Below, piece after piece: positions 1-14,073 of a stretch of DNA of 64,000 nucleotides. The DNA comes from Eledone cirrhosa (Eukaryota): contig OZ024743.1 in the NCBI GenBank assembly GCA_964016885.1, positions 110,236,001 through 110,300,000 of the forward strand, read 5' to 3'. Every line of letters begins with the position of its first letter. Position 1 is the first letter of the stretch. A program made the translations under genes and the position numbers. A model generated the notes under the pieces. The model was not told the DNA's origin. It made no database searches and saw only the letters and a program-made list of their open reading frames with translations.

Positions 1-16
1 ACACATATATGTCCTA

Positions 17-32
17 GAAACGATCGTTAAAT
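17..32 (+). ncRNA. 3' half of a hammerhead-like motif, cut by the window edge
   Basis: GAAA-cgatcg (palindromic stem III)-TT followed by an AT-rich tail, the same layout as the complete motifs; the 5' half would lie upstream of the window. Confidence 0.3.
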
Positions 33-230
33 AATGAACTGTTTTTGTTTAATATAAGGAACTGTTTCATTGTTTTATTCATTATTTTTTTAATACTTTA
101 TCTTGACTCTGTATTCCGTTTGTCTTTCACCGAATGTGATTTTTGAATGTATCTCTTCTTTCCATGATATCCGGATTACATTGAGTTCTTCATATGGATT
201 TGACACTACCGTAAACTCGTGGTAGATTTA

Positions 231-290
<60 letters not shown>

Positions 291-1643
291 TATATAGATA
301 TACCATCTTTTTACTTTAAATCGATACCCTCATTGTTTATACCGGCATTGTTTACTCTAAAGAATCTGTCTCTTGGGCATGTACATATTAAAATATCCAA
401 GTAGTTAATATTTCTCCACCGGGTGAAGTGGAGGTTATTTTACGAAATATCACGATTACATAAGTCATCATGACCAGATTTCTGCAACTATATCATGGTC
501 ATATATCCTAAAATATTTGAAAATATCTTGAAATATCTACCGTTTATATTGTTTCGTAACTGTTTTTTTAATTCGAAACAAATATATACGAATAAACAAT
601 TCGAATTTGGTATAGTATTTCTGGATAAGAAAATGAAATAAATGTTGTGAAATACAATGCATGAATGACACTTGATCTAACTGTTTTAGTTGAGACTTTA
701 TGCCTGCAAAATTGTCTGTTATAATATGGGTTCACATGTTTCACCAACAGACCTGGCATTTAATTCATTTGCAGAGAACTAGTAATAATCATAGGATAAT
801 ATAAAAATAAAAAAAAATGTTCCCCTCATGTTCTCGTTTGTCCAAATATGAAGATTTGAAAAATTAAACATGTTTTATTTTTTTGGAAAAGCATTAAAAA
901 TTAGACTCCTAAATTGTTTCACAAAATGGATAGTGATATAGAAATTACTAAGAAACAAGGAGGAAGTGAGGAAATGGGAGAATTCGAAAAAAAAAAAAAA
1001 TAGTGAGGCAAGGCTTAATTCTACCGCGTTGTTAGTGAGCCACTGGGATGTATTCACATATTAATAGAGACAGAATGTGATAGAAACAAGTGGCGGGGTT
1101 GGTCCATCTGGAAACACAGGTCGCAGGATTAATCGTATCCTTAGTTAGCAAGAAATCATCCCTACTATTGATTACTTGTATTCGCTTTCTGAGTGCCTCG
1201 AGAGTCTCCCTCAGACTGAGGCAGGAAAGGCATCATTTGCTTCCAACTGAGGTTACCTTTCTAACTTTGGACCAGATCACAGAGTATTGGGTAATGTCTG
1301 ATTTAAACTTCCAGATCAGTGATGTGAGGAAGGGGCCGCGATTTTCCCTGTATCTATCATATTAGAGGAGTGGCGACATTTGTCAAGTCATATGCATTGT
1401 CTTTATTCGCGTGCTGGAGAACATGTGCTGTTCCCGCAAACGTGATGGTGCTAGATCCTAAGGTTTTCGATGCAGTGTCCTCTACTCTCCCAGTGTTTAA
1501 TGGGTTTTCTCTATCTCTACGAATATATTTAGAATGCACTTCGAGGGCACCACTACCGTAAATATAGTTCAAGCTATATTGTTGAAGATCTATTGGCCAG
1601 TAGATGAAATGGAAATCCCATCTGTTTGCCTGTTCAACTTTTA

Positions 1644-1702
1644 GCTGTCTGATGAGGTTATACATGTTGAATATTGGGGATCACCGAAATATATATAACA
1701 CC
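1644..1702 (+). ncRNA. type I minimal hammerhead ribozyme at a PLE-type 3' end
   Basis: gctgt-CTGATGA-ggttat..atcacc-GAAA-tatata-TA-acacc; stem I tgt/aca, stem II ggt/acc, palindromic stem III; AATAAA then (TA)n downstream. Confidence 0.7.
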
Positions 1703-1751
1703 GATTATTAATAAACGAAGTGAATTCTAACCTGTTGATTTGTACTTCATG

Positions 1752-1822
<71 letters not shown>

Positions 1823-1889
1823 TAAAATAAAAGTTAAAATTTGGGCAAATAATCACTGCTTTCACCGTGAAACTAAAAAAAGTCAATCA

Positions 1890-2195
1890 ATGAACGCAGG
1901 AGTAAATATTTCAAAAAACGTTGCAACCGAAGGAAGACAGGAAGGCGATACTTTGGTTCGTGGAAACGTTGCCTGGCAAAGAACGGAAAAAAACGAAGAT
2001 AATACGTCATTATTTGGACCGGTGAAAACAATTACAAGCAAAGGCAAACCACGTTTATGGTATAAATGAAGTCGTAGACTAATATTATATTCGGTGATTC
2101 ATGGAGATGTTCTCTGGCAATGAACGGAAAGTCGAAGATAATACGTCATTATGTGGAGCATTGAGGACAATTACACGCAAAGACAAAACCACGTA
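1890..2195. repeat. unclassified dispersed repeat with internal duplication
   Basis: ~1970-2055 repeated at ~2110-2195; homologous to 37893-38100 (tgaacgcag.agtaaatatttcaa..., gtcgt.agactaatattatatt). Confidence 0.6.
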
Positions 2196-2224
2196 AATAT
2201 ACATATATGTATATATATATATAG

Positions 2225-2351
<127 letters not shown>

Positions 2352-2963
2352 ATTACTCATATGTAATTACTTAATATCACATGATTTACATTTTCTAAAT
2401 GTATAAACGTGGTGTGTACTTGCAACTGCAATATTTGCAACTTGTAATATTTGTGTGTGAAGTGCGAAATGTCTTGCTCTACATGGTACATTGCACGTTG
2501 ACGTTTAATAGTACAGAAGTAGCTATATGATTGTGCTGTAACAATAACATTCTGCCATTGACTGTGCGGGAAATTGTAACCAAAATTGATTCCAAATCAC
2601 ACAATTATACTTAATTATTAACCAGCACTACAGTTATTGATACATCAGATTATTAGATTTCGTTTCTTATTAAGTCACATCAATCTTTATAAAATGGAAT
2701 CCCTTTAGTATTAGGAAGTATATTCATTTATTTCTCAGCTTAATAATCTCATCGTACTACCTATCATAACGTTTAATTTATTAACAAATACGTTAGGCAG
2801 GTGAAATGTGATATATTAACACAAATATAAACAACGACACGCACATACATATATACTCATGGAAACAATGATAACGGCAGGAGCCCATATGTGAATGAAT
2901 GATTATCGCCACCTATATACACGCATATACATAACCATTCAATTTACACAGACACACACAAAC

Positions 2964-3030
<67 letters not shown>

Positions 3031-3133
3031 GATGAGTGCAGTTCGATTGTTATAGAAAGTCATTGTCTGAGTAATTTGCTTATGGGTTATTTGCATGGCA
3101 AGTTCATGTTTGCATATATATGTGTACATACAT

Positions 3134-3183
<50 letters not shown>

Positions 3184-3222
3184 TAACGTATATATACATT
3201 TACACAAGCATATGTAAATAAT

Positions 3223-3421
3223 TGTTTCTACTTTTGGCACAAGGCCAGCAATTACCCAGTACATTACTGGTACTTTATTTTACCGACCCCGTAAGGATGA
3301 GGCAAAGTTAACCTCGACGGGATTTGAACTCAGACCGTAAAGAGACGTAACTATGCTGGAAAGCATGGTGTCCGACCCTCTACAGATACTGCCAATTCAC
3401 CGCCCAACGTAATTCACCACT
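3223..3421 (-). mobile_element. tRNA-derived Nin/Deu-domain SINE, full length
   Basis: B box GAGTTCAAATCC and core resembling ttgcctttcatccttacggggtcgataaaataaagtaccag on the minus strand; 14-bp TSD CATATGTAAATAAT at 3209-3222 and 3422-3435. Confidence 0.9.
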
Positions 3422-3816
3422 CATATGTAAATAATCTGTGCGTATATGTGTGTGTGTGCTCGCGTGTGTGTATGTGTATGTGTGTGTATTATATTGCAAA
3501 CACCAATGTTTTGCACTTACATCATATTTATTAAGTGTATTCCGTAGTTTCTTATAACTTACTATTTCTTACTCCGGCAAAAATAAGGCGTATCCCATAT
3601 GGTAGGTCACCCAAGTGTAAAATTACTGATGTGGACGTGTCGAATATGACGGTCGTATAAGAATTCTGAAGATGGATGTATGAATTATGCAACGTTAATG
3701 CTTGCATGGATGTAGGGAAGGTGACTGCTTCAAATTAAGAATAGATATAATAATCTGTATATAAGACACACAATTTATTTTTCTCTCTCTCTCTCACACA
3801 CAAACACACTCACCCT

Positions 3817-3876
<60 letters not shown>

Positions 3877-3879
<3 letters not shown>

Positions 3880-4271
3880 GAATTGGTGCTCTGAAATGGC
3901 GATGTATATATGAATATATATATATATATAGTATATTTGGCAATATACTGTATGCTTAATTAAAAACATTTTGAAGACCTTGCGCCATTATTATAAAGTA
4001 GTGACTATGTCACTTACTTCATCTTTCAACAAACAAAGGGAGATGACAGACCAGTTTCACTCGCCAATGCCTGTTGAAAATAATAGATGCTGGATTCTTA
4101 TAGAATTCCAGTAAAAATCAGCAACTGATTATACAGAGCGATTGCCGGTCCAGCAAAAATTGAAAATTAGAATTGGTGCTCTGAAATAGCGATGTATATA
4201 TATAGTATATTTGGCAATATACTGTATGCTTAATTAAACACATTTTGAAGACCTTGCGCTATTATTTTAAA
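3877..4271 (-). repeat. ~290-bp direct-repeat unit (1.4 copies), inverted homologue of 6960-7520
   Basis: 3877-3995 repeated at 4167-4271; 4075-4240 is the reverse complement of 6960-7135; HHR core deleted at ~4040-4070. Confidence 0.75.
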
Positions 4272-4479
4272 GCAAATCACGTGAGAGTCATAATTTCATT
4301 TAAGTAAAAAGAAATTCAAACAAAAACTGGCGCGAAAGCTGTTGTGCTTATTCACGTGAGTGCATCAACCAACGAAACTTCACTCATATATGAAAAAAAA
4401 CAACCTGACCCCCCTCTCTCTTTTTTAAGGCAAATATAATAAAAACTTTCTGACGCGAACCAACTAAAAACCTAGCAGT

Positions 4480-4604
4480 TAGAGCCACTTTTTTTTCCAT
4501 ATAAAACAGAAGTAACATTCAAAGGCCTACCAGATGTGGGAAAAAACCACAAACCCTCTCTCTCAGTTCTACTTTTGAAAAGCAGAAGAACTGCGAAACC
4601 GGTA
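4480..4604 (+). ncRNA. PLE-type end with variant hammerhead (UUGAAAA core)
   Basis: ctt-TTGAAAA-gcag aagaa ctgc-GAAA-ccgg-TA at 4572-4604; homologous to 14035-14160 (-) and 60715-60850 (+); homology stops at the predicted cleavage site. Confidence 0.6.
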
Positions 4605-5132
4605 AGAGAGAGGGCGGGGCATAGAGATAGAGAGAATTAAAGAGGTCATTTTATAAGTTGATAAAAAAACAGTAAGGCTTTCAGATATTTATTTCATTTT
4701 CAAATGTGGTATATATTGTTTAACCAGGATAGCGAGAGATATTTAAGAGTTAAATCCACTTAGTATACTTCCAGTCATCTTATATTCAAGTCACACAGCA
4801 TATAATCACAAATAAATAAGTCACCAAGTTCAATAGTTATTACATTATTTATTTGGTCTAACCATATTCCATTCAATAAATACATCCTCAGAAGCAACTA
4901 TAAACCTAACATATCCAAATATTAAAACTTTAATTTCCAATCATTCTATTATTTAACGCATCAATTGTTAATTAAAATGTTTTAATATGCTATGTGTTAA
5001 TTGAACCTTACGATCTCCCTCTAAGGTAGAAATAAAATCCTGGATGAATTACGAGTAATATCCTAAGACAATGAAACATTGGTAGATCAAATATATAATG
5101 TAGTTTCTGTTGTACTTGGTGACTTATTTCTT

Positions 5133-5210
<78 letters not shown>

Positions 5211-5216
<6 letters not shown>

Positions 5217-6851
5217 ATATGTAATCAATGTGCAACCATGCAGTATTCTTCTCCCCATGTTTTTCATATATATTTACCTAAACTGAGTTTATCTGTTTCT
5301 CTCTTTCTCTCTTACTGCTCCCCTGTTCTCTCTGTTTCTCTTACCTTCTTTCGTCCCCTCTGTCAGTTAACACTTTCTGTCGACTGACCTCTTCCTCGCA
5401 CTTACACTCACTCACTCTCTGTTTCTCCCCTTCTCACTTCTTCCCGTTCGCTAGGAGTGGGATTCTGTCTTTCTCACATCCCATTCACAGCGAAAGGTCT
5501 GTTTTCTGAACGCTCATGAAATTCACCCAGCTTATGCTGAACGGATAACCATGTTGCTTGTTTTTCTTCCCATCTTCGGTTCGCTTTTCCTTCTATGTTG
5601 TTTACTTGTCTCACTCGCTTTACGCGACTCACTTGACCCAATAGCTTATTTTATTTATTGCTCGCACCAACCTGAGGTATATGATTTTTAATGCGATGAA
5701 ATACCAATGATCGTTGGCAAATCATTAATGAGGGTCTAATTGTATAATATGTAATCCATGTGCAACCATGCAGTATTCTTCTCCCCATATTTTTCATATA
5801 TATTTACCTAAACTGCGTTTATCTGTCTCTCTCTTTATCTCTTACTTCTCCCCCGTTCTCTCTATTTCTCTTACCTTCTTTCGTCCCCTCTGTCAGTTAA
5901 CACTTTCTCTCGACTGACCTCTTCCTCGCACTTCCACTCACTCACTCTCTGTTTCTCCCCTTCTCACTTCCTTCCGTTCGCTAGGAGTGGGATTCTGTCT
6001 TTCTCACATCCCATTCACAGCGAAAGGTCTGTTTTCTGAGCGCTCATGAAATTCACCCACCTAATGCTGAACGGATAACCATATTGCTTGTTTTTCTTTC
6101 CATCTTCGGTTCGCTTTTCCTTCTATGTTGTTTACTAGTCTCACTCGCTTTGCGCGACTCACTTGTCCCAATAGCTTATTTTATTTATTGCTCGCACCAA
6201 CCTGAGGTATATGATTTTTAATGCGATGAAATACCAATGATCGTTGGCAAATCACTGATGAGGGTCTAATTTTATAATATGTAATCCATGTGCAACCATG
6301 CAGTATTCTTCTCCCCATGTTTTTCATATATATTTACCTAAACTGCGTTTATCTGTCTATCTCTTTCTCTCTTACTGCTCCCATGTTCTCTCTGTTTCTC
6401 TTACCTTCTTTCGTCCCCTCTGTCAGTTAACACTTTCTCTCGACTGACATCTTCCTCGCACTTCCACTCACTCACTCTCTGTTTCTCCCCTTCTCACTTC
6501 TTCCCGTTCGCTAGGAGTGGGATTCTTTATTTCTCACATCCCATTCACAGCGAAATGTCTGTTTTCTGAGCGCTCATGAAATTCACCCAGATTATGCTGA
6601 ACGGATAACCATGTTGCTTGTTTTTCTTCCCATCTTCGGTTCGCTTTTCCTTCTATGTTGTTTACTTGTCTCACTCGCTTTACGCGACTCACTTCACCCA
6701 ATAGCTTATTTTAGTTATTGCTCGCACCAACCTGAGGTATATGATTTTTAATGCGATGAAATACCAATGATCTTTGGCAAATCACTAATGAGAGACTAAT
6801 TTTATAATATGTAATCCATGTGCAACCATGCAGTATTCTTCTCCCCATGTT

Positions 6852-6857
<6 letters not shown>
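5211..6857. repeat. tandem array of a 530-bp unit (3.1 copies)
   Basis: units start at 5211, 5741, 6271 and 6801 (t.tataatatgtaatc.atgtgcaaccatgcag), near-identical, flanked by (TA)n on both sides. Confidence 0.95.
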
Positions 6858-6900
<43 letters not shown>

Positions 6901-7167
6901 ACATGAACTGACCTGTTATTTTTTTCTAAAAACATTTTTACCTAATTACACCTCACCCACAATGTTTTTAATTAACCATACATATATTGCCAAATATACT
7001 ATATATATATTGATATATACATCGCGATTTCCGAGCACAAATTCTAATTTTCAATTTATGCTGGACCGGCAATCGCTCTGTATAATCAGTTGTTGATTAT
7101 TACTGGAATTCTATGAGAATCCAGCATCTATTACTTACAAAAGGCATCTATTATTTTCAAAAAGCAT

Positions 7168-7356
7168 TTTCATAAGGGCGGTGAATTGGTAGTATCGGTA
7201 GAGGGTCGGACATGCTTTCCAGCATAGTTACGTCCCTTTACGATCTGAGTTCAAATCCGGCCGAGGTTAAGTTTGCCTTTCATTCTTACGGGGTCGATAA
7301 ATAAAGTACCAGTAATGTACTGGGTAATTGCTGGCTTTGTGCCTAACAGAGAAACG
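7168..7356 (+). mobile_element. tRNA-derived Nin/Deu-domain SINE
   Basis: B box and Nin-type core; 18-bp TSD attattttcaaaa(a/g)gcat at 7150-7167 and 7357-7374; inserted into the 6960-7520 repeat. Confidence 0.9.
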
Positions 7357-7384
7357 ATTATTTTCAAAAGGCATCGGCGAGTGC

Positions 7385-7430
7385 TAAGCTCTGATGATCA
7401 CCAACAGTGCGAAACAGATCTGTCACCTTA
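7385..7430 (+). ncRNA. type I minimal hammerhead ribozyme
   Basis: taagct-CTGATGA-t cac caaca gtg c-GAAA-cagatctg-TC-acctta; GUC cleavage triplet ending at 7424, palindromic stem III. Confidence 0.8.
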
Positions 7431-7524
7431 TCTCCCTTTATTTGTTGAAAAATAATAGCGCAAATTCTTCAAAATGTTTTTAATTAGGCATACACTATAT
7501 TCCCAAATATACTATATATATATT

Positions 7525-7575
<51 letters not shown>

Positions 7576-7629
7576 TATATGTATGTGTGTGTGTGTGTGA
7601 GTGAGTGTGGGCATATATAAACATGTATA

Positions 7630-8251
7630 TTAGCATAAGAACCCGGTGTTGCCCGGGTTAAAGAAATAATGCAATTTTATTCAACATTTAGATATGTTGT
7701 TAATACTTATTGTGATTAGTGATTATAATATTAGAAATCCCATAAAAGTAAATCATGAAAAATAATCAATACATTTTTAGAAAACCTCCTCAATTTTTGT
7801 TGGAAATTGTCTTTCCTCCGACTTTGCTGCAAATGATTTTTCCACAGAAAATGTAACGAGAACGGAAGGAAAATCCTCTGAATTTCCTCTTACACGGAGT
7901 TTTCTTTAAAAACAATTGTTTTCTTTCGTGAGATTCCCTAACCCTGAATCTAAATGAAGCCTTCCGGTTTTCGAACTGGAAACGAATATTTCTTGGAAAG
8001 GGGGCAGCTGCGGAAAAACTTCAAAAGCTACGTGGTACATCGATATTCCAGAAATAGCACCCGAATCTTTCCGTTTCTTAAAATGGAATTCCTTGTGTGT
8101 GAAGTGGAAATCCGTTCTCACGTAATTTGAAAGTCAGATAAATTGCCTTAGCATTATGAGAATCTCGTCCAAATGAAGGTCTATTCACCGAAAATTTAAC
8201 TCGACTGTCATGGAAATATATCTCTCTTTCTCTCTCCTCCTCCCTCTCTCA

Positions 8252-8310
<59 letters not shown>
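7630..8310 (-). mobile_element. non-autonomous Helitron
   Basis: minus-strand 3' hairpin aacccgg-gcaaca-ccgggtt about 10 nt before terminal CTAA followed by T; 5' end lost in microsatellite, so approximate. Confidence 0.55.
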
Positions 8311-8349
<39 letters not shown>

Positions 8350-8387
8350 AGAAAGAGAGAGAGAGAGATAGATGTATAGATAGAATG

Positions 8388-8449
8388 GAAACCGAAAAAT
8401 CAGTGATGAATCGGAACTCAATTTATCGTGTTACAATTGTTTCCCCGGC
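8388..8449 (-). repeat. PLE-type tail with HHR 3' half (family of 40760 and 57046)
   Basis: reverse complement of GAAA-caattg-TA-acacg...tcactgatttttcg. Confidence 0.6.
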
Positions 8450-8913
8450 AAATATATGTATAATATAGAGAGATAGATAGATATATAGAGATATGTATAT
8501 ATATATATATATATTACGAGTGGATGTACATGCATATTCCTTGTGTTGGGCAATGAATAATCAACTTAATCTCGCATCTGACATACCTCCATTTTGCATT
8601 ATTAGTAATTTGCGTTATATATTTCATACGCAAATAATCTTATTGTTATTTTCAGGTTGAACCAGTATAATACAATAAATCACGAGGCTGGTCTCTGAAT
8701 TATAGATATATTCAATTTAGAAGGTTTCAGACTAATTTACATAAATCAGTCAAAATATATTGCCAAAATAACAGTTAAGTAAAACTCACTCACTACTATC
8801 GGATACACGATTACGAAGTTATCTTCATATTTAACTACAATGTTTGCGTGAAATCTATATTTACACGGACGATATCTCGATCTGTCACACATCAACACAC
8901 CCTCATACATGAA

Positions 8914-9009
<96 letters not shown>

Positions 9010-10079
9010 CATGGGAAGATATATTTGATCATAGAAGTTGTTAAATGTTCAGGATAGATATATGAAATAGGTACTGTGATTATCAGGACATGTATCGTAC
9101 AAATATATCACTTGCTATAGGATTGTTGTTTGTTACATATCTAAGGACGGAATACTTGAAAGGTATCAATAGATGTGAATACGCTTGCATTTAAGTTTGT
9201 TACTATACATAGCTTGACAAAATTACAACACTATGTGCAAAATAAAATGAGAACATAAGGTGTGTTTGTGCATGTGTATATGTATGTCTTCTTATTTTAG
9301 TCCCTGTCGCGCAATACACAGAAGAAAAAAATCATTTTGAAACTATAAAGCTAGGAATGTTTTATTGTTGATAGAATTATAATAATGCGAATATGAAAAC
9401 AATTAAATATACTTAATAAATGTCAAATGAATTAACCGACGTTCGAGAATGTCATTTGAAATGATCCTTTATAATTGAAAGTAATTAAATGAAAACATAT
9501 GCCAAACCCTAATCGTTTGAATTGTAAATGTCTCTGTTCTCACCTACTTGCTTTTAATCATCAATATAAACAGTAAAGGAAGTCAATGTTTCGAAACTAC
9601 ATAAGAATGAATACAAATTATTGATTTTGGCAACATAGTGTTTGAGTAGGTACAGCTAGTAGAAAATTGTTGAGAATGCCCAATTTGATCACCTACTAGC
9701 GTAAAGTAAGTTTTGATAGATAACATTCATTGTATTATTTCGTTTACTTACTGTCATTCGTAATTAAATTTTGTATATAGTATGCATTAAACTTTTCCGT
9801 TTATATAGCGTATTTAGTTACATCTAAATAATTTAATCTTTTTAGTATATTCAAACTATATAGTTTCGATATATCGTTGTACTAATTTTATTTTCCTTAC
9901 GCGGATTTGATCCTTGCAAAAAAATGGAATGCATGAATTAATGGAAGAGAGAAAGTCGATATATATTTTTTTTTATTCCGAAAACATTACTTACCATCAT
10001 TTCTGTTAGTACAATATGAAAATATATTATATATACAATAATTGTATATATTATATATTTGGTTTCTAGATGAGACACA

Positions 10080-10960
10080 GGACCAGGACCTTTTTTAGGA
10101 AGGTTGAAGGTGATTCATCAATACCTGTACTTACATTGAACATTATTTTAATAACCCTGGAAGAATGACAGGCGAAATTTACAACGGTGGGGATTTGAAA
10201 TCAGAAGATAAAGAATCAGAACAAGTAAAGGTTTCTGGTGGAGGCACAATGCCAATAGTATTGTGGGTGGAGAAAGTTGATTTACTGATTACGTTACAGC
10301 TGCCTTATTTTATCAACCCCATAAAGAAGAAGAGAAAATCTTAATTCAGTGGGATTTGAACACAGGACGTATTTGGACGTAACTAGATCAAATAATTGTT
10401 TCGTAATTAGGCACAAGGCCAATAATTTGGAGTGAGGGTAAATCGAATAAATCGACCGCAGCGTGTTGCTGGTACAATATTGTATCTACCTGGTAAGGAT
10501 GAAAAGCAAAACTAACATCGGAACGTAAAGGGATATAACCATATCAAATACTGCAATGTTATATTTATTATTATAAATATTACTTTGTAACGTGTAACAG
10601 ATAGACTATTTAAAACAAGACCTCAGCAAAATAATACTGTTTATGCAATTTACCATTATATAGCGTTGTAGATGTTTGAATTTGGAAGAATCCTTACAAT
10701 GTCGCACAAAAGGAATTGATACATTTTTTTATCCAAGTACTGGAATAGATTTAATTGTCAATAGCCTCAATTCTAATTCTCTAGCGCTGGGAGAACAATC
10801 TTTCCTTGGAAAAAAATATGGATCGATGGATTGGCATAATCATCAGTCCGTAGCGCAAAATATATTTTCTGAATTTGGTTACATCCCTTTAGGGTTTGAG
10901 TTCAAATCCATACGGAGTCAGATTTCCTGTCCTCCTTCCGGCATATATAACAAAACTTAA
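10080..10960. mobile_element. cluster of old, degraded SINE copies
   Basis: remnants ggatttgaa(a/c), ttttatcaacccc, ggcacaaggcc, gagttcaaatcc at ~10080-10220, 10290-10540 and 10880-10960. Confidence 0.55.
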
Positions 10961-12004
10961 CAATAAAGGCAGTAGTCCAATTTAATAGAAGTGCGCTTTT
11001 CCAATATTTAGTGTTGTTGTACTTAAAGTTGAAATCATTATTCATGCTGACATATTGCGTAAAATATATTTATACTTGAAATACTATCAATCGACTGTAT
11101 CATCCGCTATATCAGAAAATACTTTTATTTTTTGCTTCATAAAAAATCAGCGACTGATTATGATTGAAATATGTACTGGTAGGACTGAGAGATTCGCGTT
11201 AATTGTAGATATTTTATGTAAGGTGACTATTAAGCAGTATTACTTAATCAATGATTCGTAAGCCCATAGATTTAAAGATTTTTCGTCCATCCATACGTAG
11301 GGAGGATACAGTGTCAGTATTGTTTTAAATGTTCTCCCCTAAGAGTATACCATTCCAATATTTTTTACTTAAGTCAACATCAGCACTGATAAAGAAAGTC
11401 TGTATTCAAAATCGTTAAAAATATTTGTTTAAATATTATGCTCAGATGTAGGTCGTCAGGAAGAAAATTATTTGATGGCTTGTCACATTTTGGAAATAGT
11501 TGTATAATTTGAAAGAAATCTATTAGGGTGTTATATATATTTGTTTTAATGTTTTATTATTCTGTCACTACTATACATTTGCTAGAGAAGGAATCATGAT
11601 GACTGACTTTCTGCCAACAAAGAAGCAAGGAATTTTGTATCTAGATTGGTCGTTGCACTGTCAACGATTTTAAGCAACGTAATACACATTGTTCACATAA
11701 AAGGACATATTGAATACATTTTTCTCAATACATAAATCATTTACGAATCATGACTGGATAGGGCGCATTTAATCATAGAATTATTGGATCAGTCTGACAC
11801 AGGTGTAAACTACAACGGCAACATTTGTGAAGCGGCACATATTTTTTCGCGCTGAAATACAATGTTTGTCTCAACACTAATAATACTGATGTTTTATTTG
11901 CATCTAATTACAATTCATCTCCGTCAAAGTACAACCGTTGGGAACTCATACTAGTTTCAAGGTTCTTGTTGTTGTTTTTGTTCATTAATCGCTGCAGTAC
12001 TGTT

Positions 12005-12090
12005 AGAAGAAGAAGAAGAAGAACGATAAGAAAAAGAAAAAAGAAGAAGAAGAAGAAGAAGAAGAAGAAGAAGAAGAAGAAGAAGAAGAA

Positions 12091-12121
<31 letters not shown>

Positions 12122-12241
12122 AAGAAGAAGAAGAAGAAGAAGAAGAAGAAGAAGAAGAAGAAGAAGAAGAAGAAGAAGAAGAAGAAGGAGAAGAAGAAGA
12201 AGAAGAAGAAGAAGAAGAAGAAGAAGAAGAAGAAGAAGAAG
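12005..12241. repeat. (GAA)n microsatellite
   Basis: direct reading. Confidence 0.98.
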
Positions 12242-13291
12242 ATTTGAGCAAATCCCATTCTTAACAAAAAGAAGATAAGCTCATTTCTAGCGTTTTTTTC
12301 ATAAATCGTTGAAACATTAAGTTAAATTTAAAATATATATGTCCATTGGTGCCCTTTATATTCCTAGCTATACAAATAGTATATTTAACAAAGTATATAG
12401 CAATAGTAGTATTAGAAGTAATCTCTGCTATTGATATTTTTTAAGATGAAGATGATACTATTTAGATTCTAAATAATATGAACTTCATCTAAATTTTTAG
12501 AACATGAGTATTGAACAAACTGGAACAAACAATTTTATCTAGTTACGTTAAGTACTAGCGTAGTGTCAAATTTTGTCCAAATATATATTAACATGTATTG
12601 AATGAAAGAAAATAATAAATGTCTTCAGCCCTATATAAAAAGAAAATACAGAAGTAATGTTGCAGTTTGCTAGAAGCATACTGTAAAGCGAGGAAAATTG
12701 TGTTTTATTAAAAATCTTCCAGAATACAAATTGGACATTAATTGCTAAAAGTATAAGCAAAAAAACCTAGCATCATTTTTTTCTTCTATTCTACGTATTC
12801 TACTGAAATAGATCATCACATTGAAATTCATATAAACGGTTGAGAATATTTTACGTTCAGATTTCGTTATAAGTACCATTGTGTTGGCTGTCTGAACGTT
12901 TAGTACGAGTGGTGGTAAAAGTGACATTGATATTAACTAGATTTCGTCCGAAAGCGATAAATGAATTTCTTGTTTAACATGATTAGTAAATGAATATAGG
13001 TATATTGATTGTATAAACTGGCGTCTTTGTAACAATGATAACATTCAATGCTAAAATGAAAATTGCATTATTTTCATCTGACAGAACAGTGAAACAGCAT
13101 CGTACTTAGAGAATCTAACACTGCCGTGACACACGCTTCTAATACAAATTCATTGCTTACTGCACTGCGTTATTTTCACTAATTATTTTAACATCACTGA
13201 TATTTAGTTTAAATCAATTTGCCCACTCTGTTCTTCTGTGCATCTATCACATTCTGAAACACTCGAGTCTATTTGAACATAGATAATTTCG

Positions 13292-13416
<125 letters not shown>

Positions 13417-14034
13417 GGATGTTAACAGGATTCTTTGGTATTGATTATTCTCATCCGCTACATCTGTTTGAAATTATTTCACTTCGTACGTGATAACTCT
13501 GAAGCTATCAGTGTTCGACAAATTAATATTATGAAATATATGATAGCCATATGTGGTAATCCAAGAATATATATAATTATGTATATATGATAGTTAAAAG
13601 AGAAAATAAAAACAATAGCGAAGAGTGCAGTAGAAAGTGTTAGTATTAGGTTCGAGCTTGAGAGTGGGTAATTTATGTATAATCATGAGGTATATGTCTA
13701 TAGTGTATGATTTACTTCTTTGAAAAATTAAAAGGATTGAATTATGAATTGTAGACTTATACCTCACGTTCATAATTTACTCCGGAGTTAACAGACCCTC
13801 TTTAGAACTTTGTTCCATGCGTTACTATGCATAGTGGAGTGCTGGTGTTAAACTAACACATTATCCGATTTATATATATATATATATATATAACTTCCCT
13901 GATCCTATCCTTAGCCTAGACTCTAAAATATACACACCTATCATAAACCTATAAATATACATTTTTATTAAAATAACAGATGAAATAAAAAAAGCAACTG
14001 GAGTTGTTTTTTTAAAATATATATTTATTTGATT

Positions 14035-14073
14035 CCTTTAACTGTTTCGCAGTTCTCCTGCTTTTCAAAAGTA
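14035..14073 (-). ncRNA. variant hammerhead (UUGAAAA core)
   Basis: minus strand: ctt-TTGAAAA-gcag gagaa ctgc-GAAA-cagt-TA-aagg; lies in a repeat spanning ~13960-14230. Confidence 0.6.

Noticed and set aside
690-782. Possible terminal exon after ttttag
   Set aside because: Short, no recognisable homology, expected by chance
5211-6857. CRISPR-like or prokaryotic repeat interpretation
   Set aside because: Contiguous 530-bp units without unique spacers, in a eukaryotic context
7168-7356. tRNA gene
   Set aside because: The B box belongs to a multi-copy SINE head with TSDs; no cloverleaf
11908-12267. Poly-K/F/S ORFs, and all YI/CV/HT-repeat ORFs across the window
   Set aside because: Translations of microsatellites; no coding complexity
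13445-13512. Minus-strand HHR-like remnant near a (TA)n-adjacent tail
   Set aside because: Both core boxes mutated and stem I does not pair
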